DNA of 64,000 bases. It comes from Candidatus Binatia bacterium. Lineage in GTDB: Bacteria > Desulfobacterota > Binatia > Bin18. Below, in pieces: positions 11,486-22,814 of this stretch (the stretch's first letter is position 1; each line of letters starts with the position of its first letter). Below the pieces are notes generated by a model that did no database searches, was not told the origin of the DNA, and saw only the letters and a list, made by a program, of their open reading frames with translations. The position numbers and the translations under genes are program-made. Where the stretch lies: positions 64,001 to 128,000 of the forward strand of contig CAXXHG010000015.1 of assembly GCA_963666315.2 (NCBI GenBank), read 5' to 3'.

Positions 11486-12523
11486 TCAGGCCGAGAGAGC
11501 ATTGTACTGGAGCGCCAGTGTCCGATTCGACCAGACGGATACCAAAGAGCCCAGCAGCAATCGATACACCCGAGCGCGGGGGATTTTGAGTCGTACGGAC
11601 GGGTCAAGCAGAGAGGGCGAACCGCGGAGCAAACGCAAGGTTGAGACACCGATGAGGAGCGGCCAGACACAGGCCAACCGCAGTTGCCATTCGCGTCTCG
11701 GAATAGCCTGGGTATAGGCCCAGCCATCCTGGTAATAGCTCAGCGTCAAATCCAATAATTCCTCCAGGAGGGGTCGCACCTGCTCGATAGTGGCGATGTG
11801 GAGAAGCTGGGTGGGCTCGACGCCTAACGCACTAAGATCGGTGTGAGGCAGATAACAGCGTCCCATTCTGAGGTCCTGGGCGACATCGCGCAGGATATTC
11901 GTCAGTTGGAGTCCTTTTCCGAACCGGACAGCGCGCGTACACATTTCCTCGGCATCCCAATGCCGGAGCGAGGGAATATGGTCCAGAGATACTTTGGTCC
12001 AAAACTCGCCCACGCATCCGGCCACAAAATAGGTGTATTGATCCAGATCATGTCGCGTTTCGAAAGCGCCAATCTGTCCAGCCTGTCCCTCTTCTCCACT
12101 CGGAAAAACAGTCAGATCCATCTGCATCCCCTGAGTCAAGGTCAAGACGAGCGTACGGATATTGCCCTGATCGTTGGAGTCCAGTGTGGCCAAAAAGGCA
12201 AAGCAGTCAGACATACACAGGAGCAGCTCACGCTCGGCTTGATTATCCTGGAGGTCGGCCAAGTCGGTCCGCAGGGATGAACTGACCGCGAAGTCCCGCT
12301 CAGTAAACGCGGCCCGATACTGCTGCAGACACTCCAGCCGACGTTCACGCAGCACGAGGCGTGTATCGGCAATCGTGTCGGCCGCACGACACAACAAATA
12401 GGCCAGACCAATCGGCCGGCGGAGCGCTTTTGGCAAAACGCGTAAGCTGAAGTAAAAGGACCGACTTACGCGCGGCAAGGTATGAAATAGGAGTTGCGCT
12501 TCGAGTGCGTGCGTATCCGCCAT
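11486..12523 (-). CDS. Squalene/phytoene synthase family protein
   Basis: VSRSF, YLLCRAADTIAD, YTYFVAGCVG, LQLTNILRDV..D...GRCYLP. Confidence 0.9.
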   Translation of the reverse strand: MADTHALEAQLLFHTLPRVSRSFYFSLRVLPKALRRPIGLAYLLCRAADTIADTRLVLRERRLECLQQYRAAFTERDFAVSSSLRTDLADLQDNQAERELLLCMSDCFAFLATLDSNDQGNIRTLVLTLTQGMQMDLTVFPSGEEGQAGQIGAFETRHDLDQYTYFVAGCVGEFWTKVSLDHIPSLRHWDAEEMCTRAVRFGKGLQLTNILRDVAQDLRMGRCYLPHTDLSALGVEPTQLLHIATIEQVRPLLEELLDLTLSYYQDGWAYTQAIPRREWQLRLACVWPLLIGVSTLRLLRGSPSLLDPSVRLKIPRARVYRLLLGSLVSVWSNRTLALQYNALSA

Positions 12524-12568
12524 GCGCGTCGAGACGTATACGCCCGTTGTCTGCGGGTCAAGCGCACT

Positions 12569-13111
12569 CTAACGGGTCAGGAATCCGGATGCCTGGAACT
12601 CTTCAAGAGCCAAGCGTCTCATCGAAAATCGATCTTTTTCCGCTCCGTCCATCTCGGCAAATGAATATGTACTCCCCAGCGGCTGAAAGATCGGGTCCCA
12701 CCCAAATCCACTCTTTGCGCGCGCCCGTTCCGGAACCACGCCGGCTACTGAGCCTGAAAAAATCTGCAGACCTGCAGAATCACAGTATCCGAGCAGCGTG
12801 GTCGCAGTGGCGGCTCGGTTGCTCTCGCCTTGGAGCATGTGGCACACCCCGTCGACACCAACACTGTTGAGGAACCACTTGATCAACGCGCCCGGAAGCC
12901 CGTTCCAAGCGGCAAAGGCTAAACCCGTATCTTCGACAAGGACGGGGCAACCTAGTGCCGCATAGGCCTGGCGGGCCTTGTGCTCGATGACGGGGAGAAG
13001 GTCGACAGCCTGAATCTCATCCAGATCGAGGGGTGTATGCGCCAGCGGATAGCCAAGAATGCGCTCAAACTCTTGGACTTTATTCACATTACCAGTAACA
13101 AACGTCAGCAC
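12569..13111 (-). CDS. rdgB: Non-canonical purine NTP pyrophosphatase (HAM1/ITPase family)
   Basis: FVTGNVNK, VEDTGL, GLPGALIKW, GFGWDPIF, SMR motifs. Confidence 0.85.
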   Translation of the reverse strand: MLTFVTGNVNKVQEFERILGYPLAHTPLDLDEIQAVDLLPVIEHKARQAYAALGCPVLVEDTGLAFAAWNGLPGALIKWFLNSVGVDGVCHMLQGESNRAATATTLLGYCDSAGLQIFSGSVAGVVPERARAKSGFGWDPIFQPLGSTYSFAEMDGAEKDRFSMRRLALEEFQASGFLTR

Positions 13112-13277
13112 CCAAGCACCTCAAAGCGTTGGCCGCTCACTGCAACGGACGGGCCACGCCGGTTCAACCTCGAGGTTGTCATCAAGTTCGTCATAGGTCG
13201 GCAACAAGTCGATCGGTCGATCGCTCGATAAAGGAGCCGCATCGGTTCTCGCGCCTCCGCATCAGTGCCCTCTGGGC

Positions 13278-13898
13278 TCAGTGCCCCTTTGTAGGCCGTG
13301 GCCGAAAAGCGTGGACACGATGACCCTTGCTCTGAAACGCCAGCAGTCGGGCAAACTCATCCTGAGCGATTAAGAAGACGCCCTGTTGCAGGGCGAAACG
13401 CTGCACCTGCACCGAAGATGGCTGCGGGCTCAGCACCATGGCCTGCTGACAATCATGTTGGTCCTTCGCCTCATGAGTGGCGGCCACACCCGCCAGCTCC
13501 ACCGCCTCACGTTCAACCCGACACCAGACTCGCTCGCGGCCTCTCGCCAGCAAGAGATAAGTGGCTGGATCATCCGGGACATTCGTGATTTGCGTCTCAT
13601 ACCCCTGAGCCTGGAGCACCATGATAGCTTGTCTCAGAAACTCCGCATCAGTCATGGCGTCGATTCCAGCCAGCGACGGGCGCTCCGGCCGACGACGTGT
13701 ATACGAGCTGTTAAGGAGCCACACTCCCATAGCACCGGCGAGCCACACAACGCCTTCAGAGCCGAAATACCTTTGCACCGTTGTTATGCCGAAAATAAGG
13801 AGCAGCACAACCGCCGTGCCCTTGAGCAAACCGGCGCGGGAACGTTTCGCGCGCCTGACCTTGCGCACTTCGACTGGCGCATGAGAAGGCTCTTGCAT
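13278..13898 (-). CDS. Membrane-anchored Mrr-like restriction endonuclease-fold protein (degenerate active site)
   Basis: Two N-terminal TM segments, then IDAMTDAEF...LQAQGY pattern typical of Mrr_cat-domain proteins. Confidence 0.55.
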   Translation of the reverse strand: MQEPSHAPVEVRKVRRAKRSRAGLLKGTAVVLLLIFGITTVQRYFGSEGVVWLAGAMGVWLLNSSYTRRRPERPSLAGIDAMTDAEFLRQAIMVLQAQGYETQITNVPDDPATYLLLARGRERVWCRVEREAVELAGVAATHEAKDQHDCQQAMVLSPQPSSVQVQRFALQQGVFLIAQDEFARLLAFQSKGHRVHAFRPRPTKGH

Positions 13899-14126
13899 AG
13901 ATTTCTCCTACAGCACTCGGGGGCACACACTCCCCTGTCCTCCCCGTTTATCCGATAGCCCGCTGTCCTCGCAAGCACCGTAGGTCTGATCCCAGCGTAT
14001 CCGAAGGCTACGGGCAATGCCAACCTGGCCAACCTGTTCCCTCTCTTCCCGAGATACCCTCGCTTGAAGGCGAAATCAACGCGCCAGCCAACACGACAGT
14101 CATTGATACGGGGGAGTTACAGCAAG

Positions 14127-14990
14127 CTACTGTTTTGTTGTCAGCAGGACGCCGCCGATAACGAAAGCGGTCCCCACAATATGGACTCGGGTAATTTCCT
14201 CACCAAGAAAAACAGCCGAGCTGGCCATGACGATAATAGGAATCAAATTCATGAACACCGCAGCCCGGTGGGGACTCACCCGGCTCAGCGCTTGGTAATA
14301 CAGCAAATTGGTCATGGGCGATAAAATAGACAGAAAGCCCAGAGCGGCTAGGACTGACGGCGGGAAATCAAAGTCGGCGCTAAACGGGGATTCGAGCAGG
14401 CACAGCGGGACTAAGAGAAACGACCCGGCAATATACGAACTCGCCGTCGCTGCAGTAGGAGAGCGATGTGCCAAGGCGATACGACTATACACGGTGTACG
14501 TCGCCCAACTCAGTTGGCCGATCAAAATCAGCAAATCACCCCAGTTGAGAGCCATGTTTAATAAGATCTCTAGGGAACCCTCGCAAATAATGGAAACCAG
14601 TCCCACAAAGGAGACTAAGATGCCGACAACGTTGATGAGCGAGAGCTGCTCCTTCATGAACGCCCACGAAAAGACCGCAACCCAGATCGGAGTGGAGGCG
14701 GCTATGATACTCGCGTTCGAAGCCGTTGTTAAACGCAGGCCGAGATAGAAAAAAGTCCCGGCGCCAACGACGCCGGTCAATGTCATCACAACCGTACTCT
14801 CCGGGTCTTTGCGTAATTCCGCCCACCAATTGGGTTGGGATTTCCATCCCATGAGGGTGAGTAAGACCGCGCCCACAACCGTACGCAAGGCAATCAAGGT
14901 GAGCGGTCCGACCGCGCCGAGCATGAGCTTCCCAGCAGGGAAGTTCAGTGCCCACAGGCACACTACGGCTAAGAGTGAAAAATAGGCCAA
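14127..14990 (-). CDS. DMT/EamA-family transporter
   Basis: About 10 TM segments, WALNF, GDLLIL, FLGEEIT repeats. Confidence 0.9.
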   Translation of the reverse strand: MAYFSLLAVVCLWALNFPAGKLMLGAVGPLTLIALRTVVGAVLLTLMGWKSQPNWWAELRKDPESTVVMTLTGVVGAGTFFYLGLRLTTASNASIIAASTPIWVAVFSWAFMKEQLSLINVVGILVSFVGLVSIICEGSLEILLNMALNWGDLLILIGQLSWATYTVYSRIALAHRSPTAATASSYIAGSFLLVPLCLLESPFSADFDFPPSVLAALGFLSILSPMTNLLYYQALSRVSPHRAAVFMNLIPIIVMASSAVFLGEEITRVHIVGTAFVIGGVLLTTKQ

Positions 14991-15050
14991 GCGGAAGATT
15001 TACTTTTAAAAGTGTCTCTCGTAAAGCCTGGTCCGCGTCCACATACCAGG

Positions 15051-16493
15051 TTAACCCTTAATCACAGCCATAGGTTTGAGTTTCAGCACTTTTTTACTAA
15101 TCCCTGCCCGCTCTACCACATCGACTACATTGGCAACATCTTTGTAAGCATACGGCATTCCTTCAGCAAACGTGCGCTTGCCTCGGTAGCGGGCGATAAC
15201 GCGTATTCGGCTGGCTCCTTGACCACATTGCGACCCCGAGCGACTTTTTTGGCCTGCATGCGACTCATCAGCCGACCCGCGCCATGACACGTTGAGCCAA
15301 AGGTTTCAGACATGACCTGATCTGTCCCGATCAGGAGAAAGGAATAACGGCTCATGTCTCCAGGAATAAGAACCGGCTGCCCACGCGACCATAACACGGC
15401 CGGAATAGCAGGATGCCCGGTCCAAAAGCACGTATTGCGCCTTTACGGTGGACCCAGACTTTGCGCCGAACACCATCGACCGTATGTGTTTCCAGTTTTG
15501 CAATATTATGACACACGTCATAGATCAATCGCAGACCAAGATCGTGTCGAGATATATCCAACGTCGTAAGAAACGCTTGTTCGGCTAAATGCATCATCAC
15601 CTGTCGATTGACCCAGGCGTAGTTTGCCGCGCAGGCCATGGCCGCCAGATAGTGTTGTCCTTCAGCCGAAGCGATGGGCGCACAGGCCAGCTGCCGGTCA
15701 GGGACGCTAATGTGGTACTTCTGCATGGCTTTGCCCATGACCTTGAGCGCGTCATCACACGTCTGATGTCCCAAGCCACGCGAGCCCGAGTGGATAATGA
15801 TGGTCACCTGCCCGACTGCCAAACCGAGCGCCTGAGCGACTTCCGGCAGGTATACTTCCTGCACCCGACCGACCTCAAGAAAGTGATTCCCAGACCCCGG
15901 CGTTCCAATCTGGCTGAGACCTCGACTCAGCGCTTCTTCGCTTAACGTCGCAGGACCCGCACCAGCCAAACAGCCCTGCTCTTCCGTGTGGTCGAGATCG
16001 CCGGCACAACCAAAACCACGCTCAACAGCCCAACGCGCACCTTGGAGGGTCAACTTTTTTTCATCGGCTCGGCTCAGCTTTGGTATCGCCCCTTTGGCAC
16101 CGACCCCACACGGAATAGTGGCAAAGAGCGTATCAGCCAGGGTATGTAGCTTGTTTTGAATCTCGGAGGCCTGGAGTTTCGTCCCGATTAATCGGCAGCC
16201 GCAATTGATGTCGAACCCAATTCAGCCAGGTGTAATCACACCCTCGTCTGCGTCCACTGCTGCCACCCACCGATGAGGAATCCATATGCCCAGTGAATAT
16301 CCGGTATGGCTAACGAATGCCCCACAATACCTGGCAGATGGGCCACATTGACAACTTGCTGCAGGGCGGCATCACGCTTAATATCGTCCATCAGATCGGA
16401 CGACACATATATCCGGCCGGGCACACGCATACCGCCCTGTTGGGGAATTTCCCACACATAGTCGTTCATACGACGAAGAGGAATATCGACCAT
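15051..16493 (-). pseudogene. rtcB: RNA ligase RtcB, multiply frameshifted
   Basis: [49 protein letters not shown] motifs spread over at least five frames. Confidence 0.9.
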
Positions 16494-16537
16494 GTGCACC
16501 CTCACACCTTCCTTGAGGCTCTCGGGTCTGTTTGCCT

Positions 16538-17371
16538 CTACCAAACGAAAGATCCGAGCACAGCGACCAGACCCACTGGCCACAGATACCAGGCGAAGAG
16601 ATAGAAATGATCCTGTCTGACCGCGCGTATGATGAAGCCTATCGAGAAATAGCCTATGATCGCCGCCAGGACCATGCCGGCCACATACGGACCCATCGAC
16701 GGCCAGAATTCAGCGTAGAGCGCCCCGTCTCTGCCGGCCCAAAGCTTGTGTGTCTGCAGCACTGCCGCCCCGAGAATAGCCGGAATCGAGATGAGTAACG
16801 AGAAGCGTGTCACCAGTTCGCGCTCAAGGCCGAGCAGCAACCCGCCCGTGATCGTTGCCCCGGCGCGCGAAATGCCAGGCACAATGGCAACGCCTTGGAG
16901 GACACCGATGGCGAGAGCGTCCACGGATCTCATGCCGGCGATACTCCTGGCCACCACACGGGCGCGCGCCCACCACAGCAGGCACCCCGTGACCATAAGC
17001 ATGCCGCCAACGACACCCGGCCGGGTCACAATCGAGGTGAGGTGACGTTCTATGCCTAGACCAAGGATGAGCGTCGGGACTTGCGCCAAGACAATGAAGC
17101 CCACCGCCTGGCGCTCTCGTCCGGCAAACGTGCCGCCAGAGGCAGCCGACGGCCTCGTCAGCCCGTGCCACAGATCGGCAACGTCACTCCGGAAATAGGT
17201 CAACACCGCTCCTGCCGTCGCCACATGCAGCAGTATGTCGTACACGAGGTCGATGTCCGCCGAGCGGCCCAGCATATGTTGGGCTAAGATCAAGTGCCCG
17301 GACGAGGAAACCGGCAGGAATTCAGTGATACCCTGGAGCACGGCAAGAAGCAGCGCGTCGACGTAACTCAT
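16538..17371 (-). CDS. uppP: Undecaprenyl-diphosphate phosphatase
   Basis: [14 protein letters not shown] and [10 protein letters not shown] motifs. Confidence 0.93.
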   Translation of the reverse strand: MSYVDALLLAVLQGITEFLPVSSSGHLILAQHMLGRSADIDLVYDILLHVATAGAVLTYFRSDVADLWHGLTRPSAASGGTFAGRERQAVGFIVLAQVPTLILGLGIERHLTSIVTRPGVVGGMLMVTGCLLWWARARVVARSIAGMRSVDALAIGVLQGVAIVPGISRAGATITGGLLLGLERELVTRFSLLISIPAILGAAVLQTHKLWAGRDGALYAEFWPSMGPYVAGMVLAAIIGYFSIGFIIRAVRQDHFYLFAWYLWPVGLVAVLGSFVW

Positions 17372-18133
17372 CAGCTAAGCGCGCAGTACAGCGTCCGGTC
17401 TCTGCTGTCCATACCAGCCGATTTTGACTGAAATTTTTATTTTGCCTTTTACGATTTGCGGCTGTATCACTCGTGACCCCACTCCCTTGCCTCTCATCGC
17501 CACCGCACCATACCTAAGTGAGACGCACTTGGCAGCTGGGCGCTGGGCCTCCGGCTTCCCCTGCTACTGTGGGCCTTACACGAGCGCTGGATCAGCCGAT
17601 ACGCCCGCCGTTCCGAGAAAACATACGCCAACCCCAGCTTAAAACAAGGTACAGATAAACGAGGCCACGGCTGAGCCTTGGGTCGGCACAATGAAACAGC
17701 TGCCCCACGTGCTGATACTGGCGATTAGAGTTTTGCTTCACGCCTTTACTCTTTCGTCGATTTGCCGATTGTGGAATCGTCCGTGACCGTTTAGATCTCG
17801 TTCTCAGCCAGGAGCTGGTCTAGGTCTGCCATGCCTATCTCCGAGGTACGAAGATGCGTGTTTCCCAACAACAAGAAGTCGGCAAGCAGTCTTTTATTAT
17901 CCATCCACGCTTGGCAGAATTCGCCGAAAAAAGATTAGCAACTCGTTGTGACTCTGAATCTCCTGCCACCCTCCTCAATGGCTCCACTCGAAAGGGAAAA
18001 TTTGACGCCTCTCAGCTCGACTTTGTCCCACGCTCCCAGAATCCAAACTGACGAACTTGTAGATACATCGGCTCGCAGTATAACTAGAGTTGGCCAAAAT
18101 GGAGGAAGCTGATGACTTGCGAATGGATGCGCG

Positions 18134-19010
18134 TTGAAGAAAGGGCCTATGACCTACAGAGAAATGCCGTTTCTGCTTCTGCCCTTGCTTTGGAACGTGA
18201 TATCCCGTCGATTTTATCCACCCGATACCATGCTTGAGCGAGCCCATGGTGACGGCATGACCATCGGAAACGATAGCGTTGAGGCCTTCGAGGAAATCCT
18301 GTGGCGTGCATTCTGGCCAGAGAAATACCCCAAAGACCGCATCGAACTTTGGGCGGCGGATGACTCGGATGTTAATGAAGAATTCGAGCTCTTCATGAGG
18401 AATCATCTACGTAAACTAATCGCATTGCGCTCTGGTGGGCGGCCGGGTGATAGCCGTTATGTATCGAAGAACAATACCAACGTATCGCGTATCCCGAAGA
18501 TAACACAGCTGTTCCCCGATGCAGTTATCCTGATTCCGTTCCGTACCCAGTGGATCACGTCGGCTCAATGCTGCGTCAACATCACAATTTTCACAAGATT
18601 CATACCGAGGACGCCTTCGCTAGGCGTTAGAGGATCTTGGTCACTTTGATTTCGGCGCAACCTTTCGCCCAATTAATTTCGATAACTGATTAGATCGAGA
18701 AGAGTTAATTTCGACCTACACCGCAGATTTCTGGATGAACTACTGGTGTGCAACGTTTAAGCATATCCGATCCAACCCGGTGGATAACCTTGTTTTTATC
18801 AGCTACGACAAATGCTGTGCTAAGCTGGTGGTTTCACTGCAACGCTTGGGTGACAGGATCGGCATTGAGCGAATGGAGGAGCTAACGACCAAGGCACACC
18901 GATTCCGTCCGCCGATTAGGTATGATGTTAATGAGCTCCGTGTCGATCGGCTTATCCTTGAGAAGGCTCTTACCTTGCATGATGAACTGGTAGCAATGGC
19001 AATTAACTAA
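18134..19010 (+). pseudogene. Sulfotransferase-family protein, 5'-truncated and frameshifted
   Basis: TYREMPF, ERAHGDG, EAFEEILW, YVSKNN, LIPFR motifs; frameshift near 18545 and stops before the 18735-19010 piece; N-terminal PAPS-binding motif not seen. Confidence 0.7.
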
Positions 19011-19017
19011 CCCGGGG

Positions 19018-19277
19018 TGCGGATTTCAGTCCGGTACTAATTCTACCAATCAGAGCGGGGGCAAGCCGTGTTGTGGTACAGGTACATGCCGAGCGAAAGA
19101 GCATAGGAGGCCATGTCTTGCAAACACCACAGGCGGCAGGCCCTCCAGAGCATTATGAGGGCGCTGTTCGTTGTAGAATTGGTGCCAGGTTTCCGCGATT
19201 TTCTGGGCGCCCTCCAAGGTCTTGCAGAGGTGTCAGTTCAAGCATTTCTCTCGGAAGCGCCCATTAAACCGATTCAC
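19018..19277 (-). mobile_element. IS3-family transposase C-terminal remnant
   Basis: Minus strand reads RFNGRFREKCLN*HLCKTLEGAQKIAETWHQFYNEQRPHNALEGLPP, the IS3 integrase-core C-terminus, with an internal stop. Left boundary is approximate. Confidence 0.75.
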
Positions 19278-19493
19278 ACCAGGCGTTTTTCGTCAGCCTC
19301 CCTGGGAGGAAGGAGAGCCCACCTTATCGTAATCGTATGATTTTCCCAAATCGTCCTGCAATTTCTATTTTACTTGCCGATATATTCTCTACTAAAGAGG
19401 CAGATCTCGAGGAAACCTCGCAGTGGAGTCCTTAAGAAAGTCTCCAGGCTCGTTGGGAACAAGCCTGACAGCCGCAAAGGGATAGAGACAGCG

Positions 19494-21341
19494 ATGACAG
19501 ATATTTTAGGCATCTCGGCGTTTTACCATGATAGCGCGGCCTGCTTAGTGCGGGACGGCCACATTTTCGCCGCCGCGCAGGAAGAACGCTTTTCGCGCAA
19601 GAAGCACGACCCCCGGTTTCCCCGCCAAGCGATTGGCTACTGTCTGCAGGCCGGAAAGTGCTCCCTGGCCGATCTGCACTCGGTCGTCTTCTACGACAAG
19701 CCCTTCGTCAAATTTGAACGCCTGCTCGAAACCTATCTCGCCTTTGCCCCCACAGGACTTCGGTCCTTTGTGGCTGCTATGCCGGTCTGGCTCAAAGAAA
19801 AACTCTTCCTCAAAAGTCAATTACAGAAAGACCTTGTAGCCCTCGACGATGGCCTCGACCAAGCGTCTCTCCCTCCCCTTTTGTTTACCGAACATCATGA
19901 AGCCCATGCCGCCTCGGCCTTTTATCCCTCGCCCTACGACACCGCCGCGGTCCTGTGTCTGGACGGGGTGGGCGAATGGGCCACCACCTCGGCGTGGCGG
20001 GGACAGGCTGGCGCCCTGACACCCTTGTGGGACATTCCCTTCCCTCACTCGCTCGGCCTCCTGTATTCGGCCTTTACCTATTATACCGGCTTCAAGGTCA
20101 ATTCAGGCGAATACAAAGTCATGGGACTCGCCCCGTATGGCGATCCGAAGTACGTGCAGACCATTTACGACCATCTCATTGACCTCAAGCCGGATGGGAC
20201 CTTCCGGTTGAATATGGACTATTTCGATTACTGCACCGGCCTGACCATGACCAACGGGAATTTTGCTACACTCTTTGGCGGTCCCGCCCGCACGCCGGAA
20301 ACGGCCCTGACACAACGCGAGATGGATCTGGCCCGGTCTATTCAAGAAGTGACCGAAACGGTGATGTTGCGCCTGGCCCAGACGCTGCATCGGGAAACGG
20401 GCGAGCAGAACCTGTGCCTGGCGGGTGGAGTGGCATTAAACTGTGTGGGCAATGGCCGCATTCTGCGCGACGGCCCGTTTGCCAATCTCTGGATACAGCC
20501 GGCCGCCGGAGACGCGGGCGGAGCGATAGGCGCGGCTCTGACCGCGTGGCATCAGTATGCGGGGCATCCTCGGCAGGCGAATGGGCAGCACGATGCCATG
20601 CAGGGCAGTTTTTTAGGGCCCGCGTTCTCAAACGCGCAAATCGAAACCTTCCTCACCCACAGCGCGGCACCGTACGTGCGCTTGGACGATGATGCCCTCT
20701 ATGCGCGGGTCGCTCAGGAACTCGCCGCAGGCAAGGTCGTGGGCTGGCTGCAGGGACGCATGGAGTTCGGCCCGCGGGCACTCGGCGGGCGTAGTATACT
20801 GGGCGACCCGCGCAGTGCGCAGATGCAGTCGGTCATGAATCTCAAAATCAAGCAGCGGGAATCGTTTCGGCCCTTTGCTCCGTCGGTACTTCGCGAGCGG
20901 GTCGCGGACTATTTCAGGCTGGATACGGATAGTCCGTATATGTTGCTGGTCGCTCCGGTTCAGGACAACCGCCGGCTAGAAATAAGTGCGGAACAGGACG
21001 CGCTGTGGGGCATTGAGAAGCTCAACATCCCCCGTTCCGACATTCCAGCCGTCACGCACGTAGACTACTCCGCCCGGGTCCAAACGGTCCATGCAGACAC
21101 CAATCCCGGCTACTACCACTTACTGCAAGCCTTTGAAGCCCAAACGGGCTGCGGCGTCTTGGTCAATACCTCGTTTAACGTCCGTGGGGAACCGATTGTG
21201 TGCAGCCCGCAGGATGCGTATCGCTGTTTTATGCGCACCGAGATGGACCTCTTGGTGCTCGAAAATTGTGTGCTCGAAAAAGGGCAGCAAGCGCCGCTCA
21301 CCGACGATGGTGATTGGCGCACAGAGTTTGAGTTGGACTGA
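19494..21341 (+). CDS. Carbamoyltransferase (NodU/CmcH family)
   Basis: ILGISAFYHDSAA, EHHEAHAASAF, GEYKVMGLAPYG, EFGPRALG, RESFRPFAP, NTSFNVRGEP. Confidence 0.95.
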   Translation: MTDILGISAFYHDSAACLVRDGHIFAAAQEERFSRKKHDPRFPRQAIGYCLQAGKCSLADLHSVVFYDKPFVKFERLLETYLAFAPTGLRSFVAAMPVWLKEKLFLKSQLQKDLVALDDGLDQASLPPLLFTEHHEAHAASAFYPSPYDTAAVLCLDGVGEWATTSAWRGQAGALTPLWDIPFPHSLGLLYSAFTYYTGFKVNSGEYKVMGLAPYGDPKYVQTIYDHLIDLKPDGTFRLNMDYFDYCTGLTMTNGNFATLFGGPARTPETALTQREMDLARSIQEVTETVMLRLAQTLHRETGEQNLCLAGGVALNCVGNGRILRDGPFANLWIQPAAGDAGGAIGAALTAWHQYAGHPRQANGQHDAMQGSFLGPAFSNAQIETFLTHSAAPYVRLDDDALYARVAQELAAGKVVGWLQGRMEFGPRALGGRSILGDPRSAQMQSVMNLKIKQRESFRPFAPSVLRERVADYFRLDTDSPYMLLVAPVQDNRRLEISAEQDALWGIEKLNIPRSDIPAVTHVDYSARVQTVHADTNPGYYHLLQAFEAQTGCGVLVNTSFNVRGEPIVCSPQDAYRCFMRTEMDLLVLENCVLEKGQQAPLTDDGDWRTEFELD

Positions 21342-21351
21342 GGGAGACATA

Positions 21352-21750
21352 GTGGCGCATCCACCTGAGACAAAACTTATCCGCTCGTTTGGACTCATCG
21401 TCGGCGGCATTTTTCTACTGATTGGGCTATGGCCGCTCGCGGTGCGGGCCGAGGCTCCACGGCTCTGGGCCGTCGGCATTGCGGCGGGGCTCCTGCTGCC
21501 GGCGGTCCTATTCCCAAAGGTCCTCACCCCTATCTATCGCCTCTGGATGCGAGTCGGCGATGCACTCGGGTGGATCAATACCCGCATTATTCTGAGTCTG
21601 GTCTTCTACGGCTTGTTTACGCCGATCGGTGTGATTCGACGTGTATTACTCAAAAAAGACCCGCTCCAGCTCGCGTTTGAGCCGGAGGCTGCGACGTATC
21701 GCATCGTCCGGCAACCGCGCCCGCCCGCGCATTTAGAACGACAATTTTAA
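21352..21750 (+). CDS. SxtJ-family membrane protein
   Basis: RSFGLIVG, WMRVGDALGWINTRIIL, KDPL, ERQF; the usual neighbour of this carbamoyltransferase type. Confidence 0.85.
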   Translation: MAHPPETKLIRSFGLIVGGIFLLIGLWPLAVRAEAPRLWAVGIAAGLLLPAVLFPKVLTPIYRLWMRVGDALGWINTRIILSLVFYGLFTPIGVIRRVLLKKDPLQLAFEPEAATYRIVRQPRPPAHLERQF

Positions 21751-22061
21751 CAATTTTGACAATTTGTAAAGACGAGGCTAAACAGGGCTAATCCCGCACG
21801 GCGAAACAGCTCGTGCGCAGATGGTCCCTCCACCTCGATACCAAGGTCTGCGGTGTGGTCGATCTCGCGAAACAAGGGCTCTGCCACATATGTATTTTAC
21901 ACAGCACAACCGCCGGGCGGAACTCCGATCCCCCAGCGTTAGAGTGTGTTTGAAAAAAGGAGAAAACGTGTCATTGTGAGGAGCGGGAGGCGACGAAACA
22001 ATCACGTGTCCAGCGAGTTTCCAAACACCCTCTCGACCAGGTGCCAAGGTTTTGTCTTGAT

Positions 22062-22721
22062 CTATGGCGTGGGCGTGCCGATTTCGTCCAGAATTGTCCG
22101 GACATCGGCAAGAGAGGCAAGGATCCAGTCTGCGCCAGAAAGATCAAGACCTCGCGTATATTGATGCGGAATGGCAACACACCGCATCCCGACGGCTTTC
22201 GCCGCTTGTATGCCGTTCGGCGCGTCTTCTAATACAAGGCATTGGTCAGGCCGAACATCGACAGCCCGCGCAGCCTGGAGAAAGACATCGGGTGCCGGTT
22301 TCCCGTGGGTGACGTCTTCCGCAGTAACCAGAGTCACAAATTGATGCGCCAAACGTATCTCATCTAGGACGGCCTGGACGTACACCCGCGTGCCGCTACT
22401 CGCGACCGCCGTCCGTACACCCCGGCGCTCCACATCGTCCAGGAGGACGGACAGTCCGGGCATCGGTTTTACCTGTCCGTTCAGGTGAGTGATCTGGTAG
22501 GATTCCTTTTCCCGACTCGGCTGTTCCGGAACGTCGCTCAGATTATACCGCTTGACAAACAAACGAGCGGTTTCAATAAGCCGCTGGCCTAAGATGCCGT
22601 CGAGAATCGACGGCTCAAGTATCGCCCCGCGCCTGGCCGTGACGGCCTGCCATGAGGCGAGCGAATGCGGCTCACTATCAACCAGTAAACCGTCGAGATC
22701 AGATAGGATAGCTTGGATCAT
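22062..22721 (-). CDS. HAD-family phosphatase (beta-PGM/CbbY-like)
   Basis: DLDGLLVDSE, GKPAPDVF, LEDAPNG motifs. Confidence 0.9.
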   Translation of the reverse strand: MIQAILSDLDGLLVDSEPHSLASWQAVTARRGAILEPSILDGILGQRLIETARLFVKRYNLSDVPEQPSREKESYQITHLNGQVKPMPGLSVLLDDVERRGVRTAVASSGTRVYVQAVLDEIRLAHQFVTLVTAEDVTHGKPAPDVFLQAARAVDVRPDQCLVLEDAPNGIQAAKAVGMRCVAIPHQYTRGLDLSGADWILASLADVRTILDEIGTPTP

Positions 22722-22762
22722 AACGTAGTACCTCGAGAAAAAGCCCTATTCGCTAAGATCCA

Positions 22763-22814
22763 ACTCCCAGACAAGCGCCCCGGGCACTCCCAGACAAGCG
22801 CCCCGGGCACTCCC
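22763..22814. repeat. 23-bp tandem duplication
   Basis: ACTCCCAGACAAGCGCCCCGGGC twice, followed by ACTCCC. Confidence 0.9.

Noticed and set aside
10810-11727. Long N-terminal extensions in the ORF track (also 3003-4157, 21091-21750, 29060-29719, 39180-39974, 47511-48668)
   Set aside because: They overlap neighbouring genes and precede the recognisable family start; downstream starts were used.
17400-18130. Coding or RNA feature in the gap after uppP
   Set aside because: Only short, stop-interrupted frames with no recognisable motif; probably decayed sequence.
19494-21750. Saxitoxin biosynthesis cluster
   Set aside because: Carbamoyltransferase plus SxtJ-like cassettes are widespread, and no sxtA, sxtG or other core genes are present.
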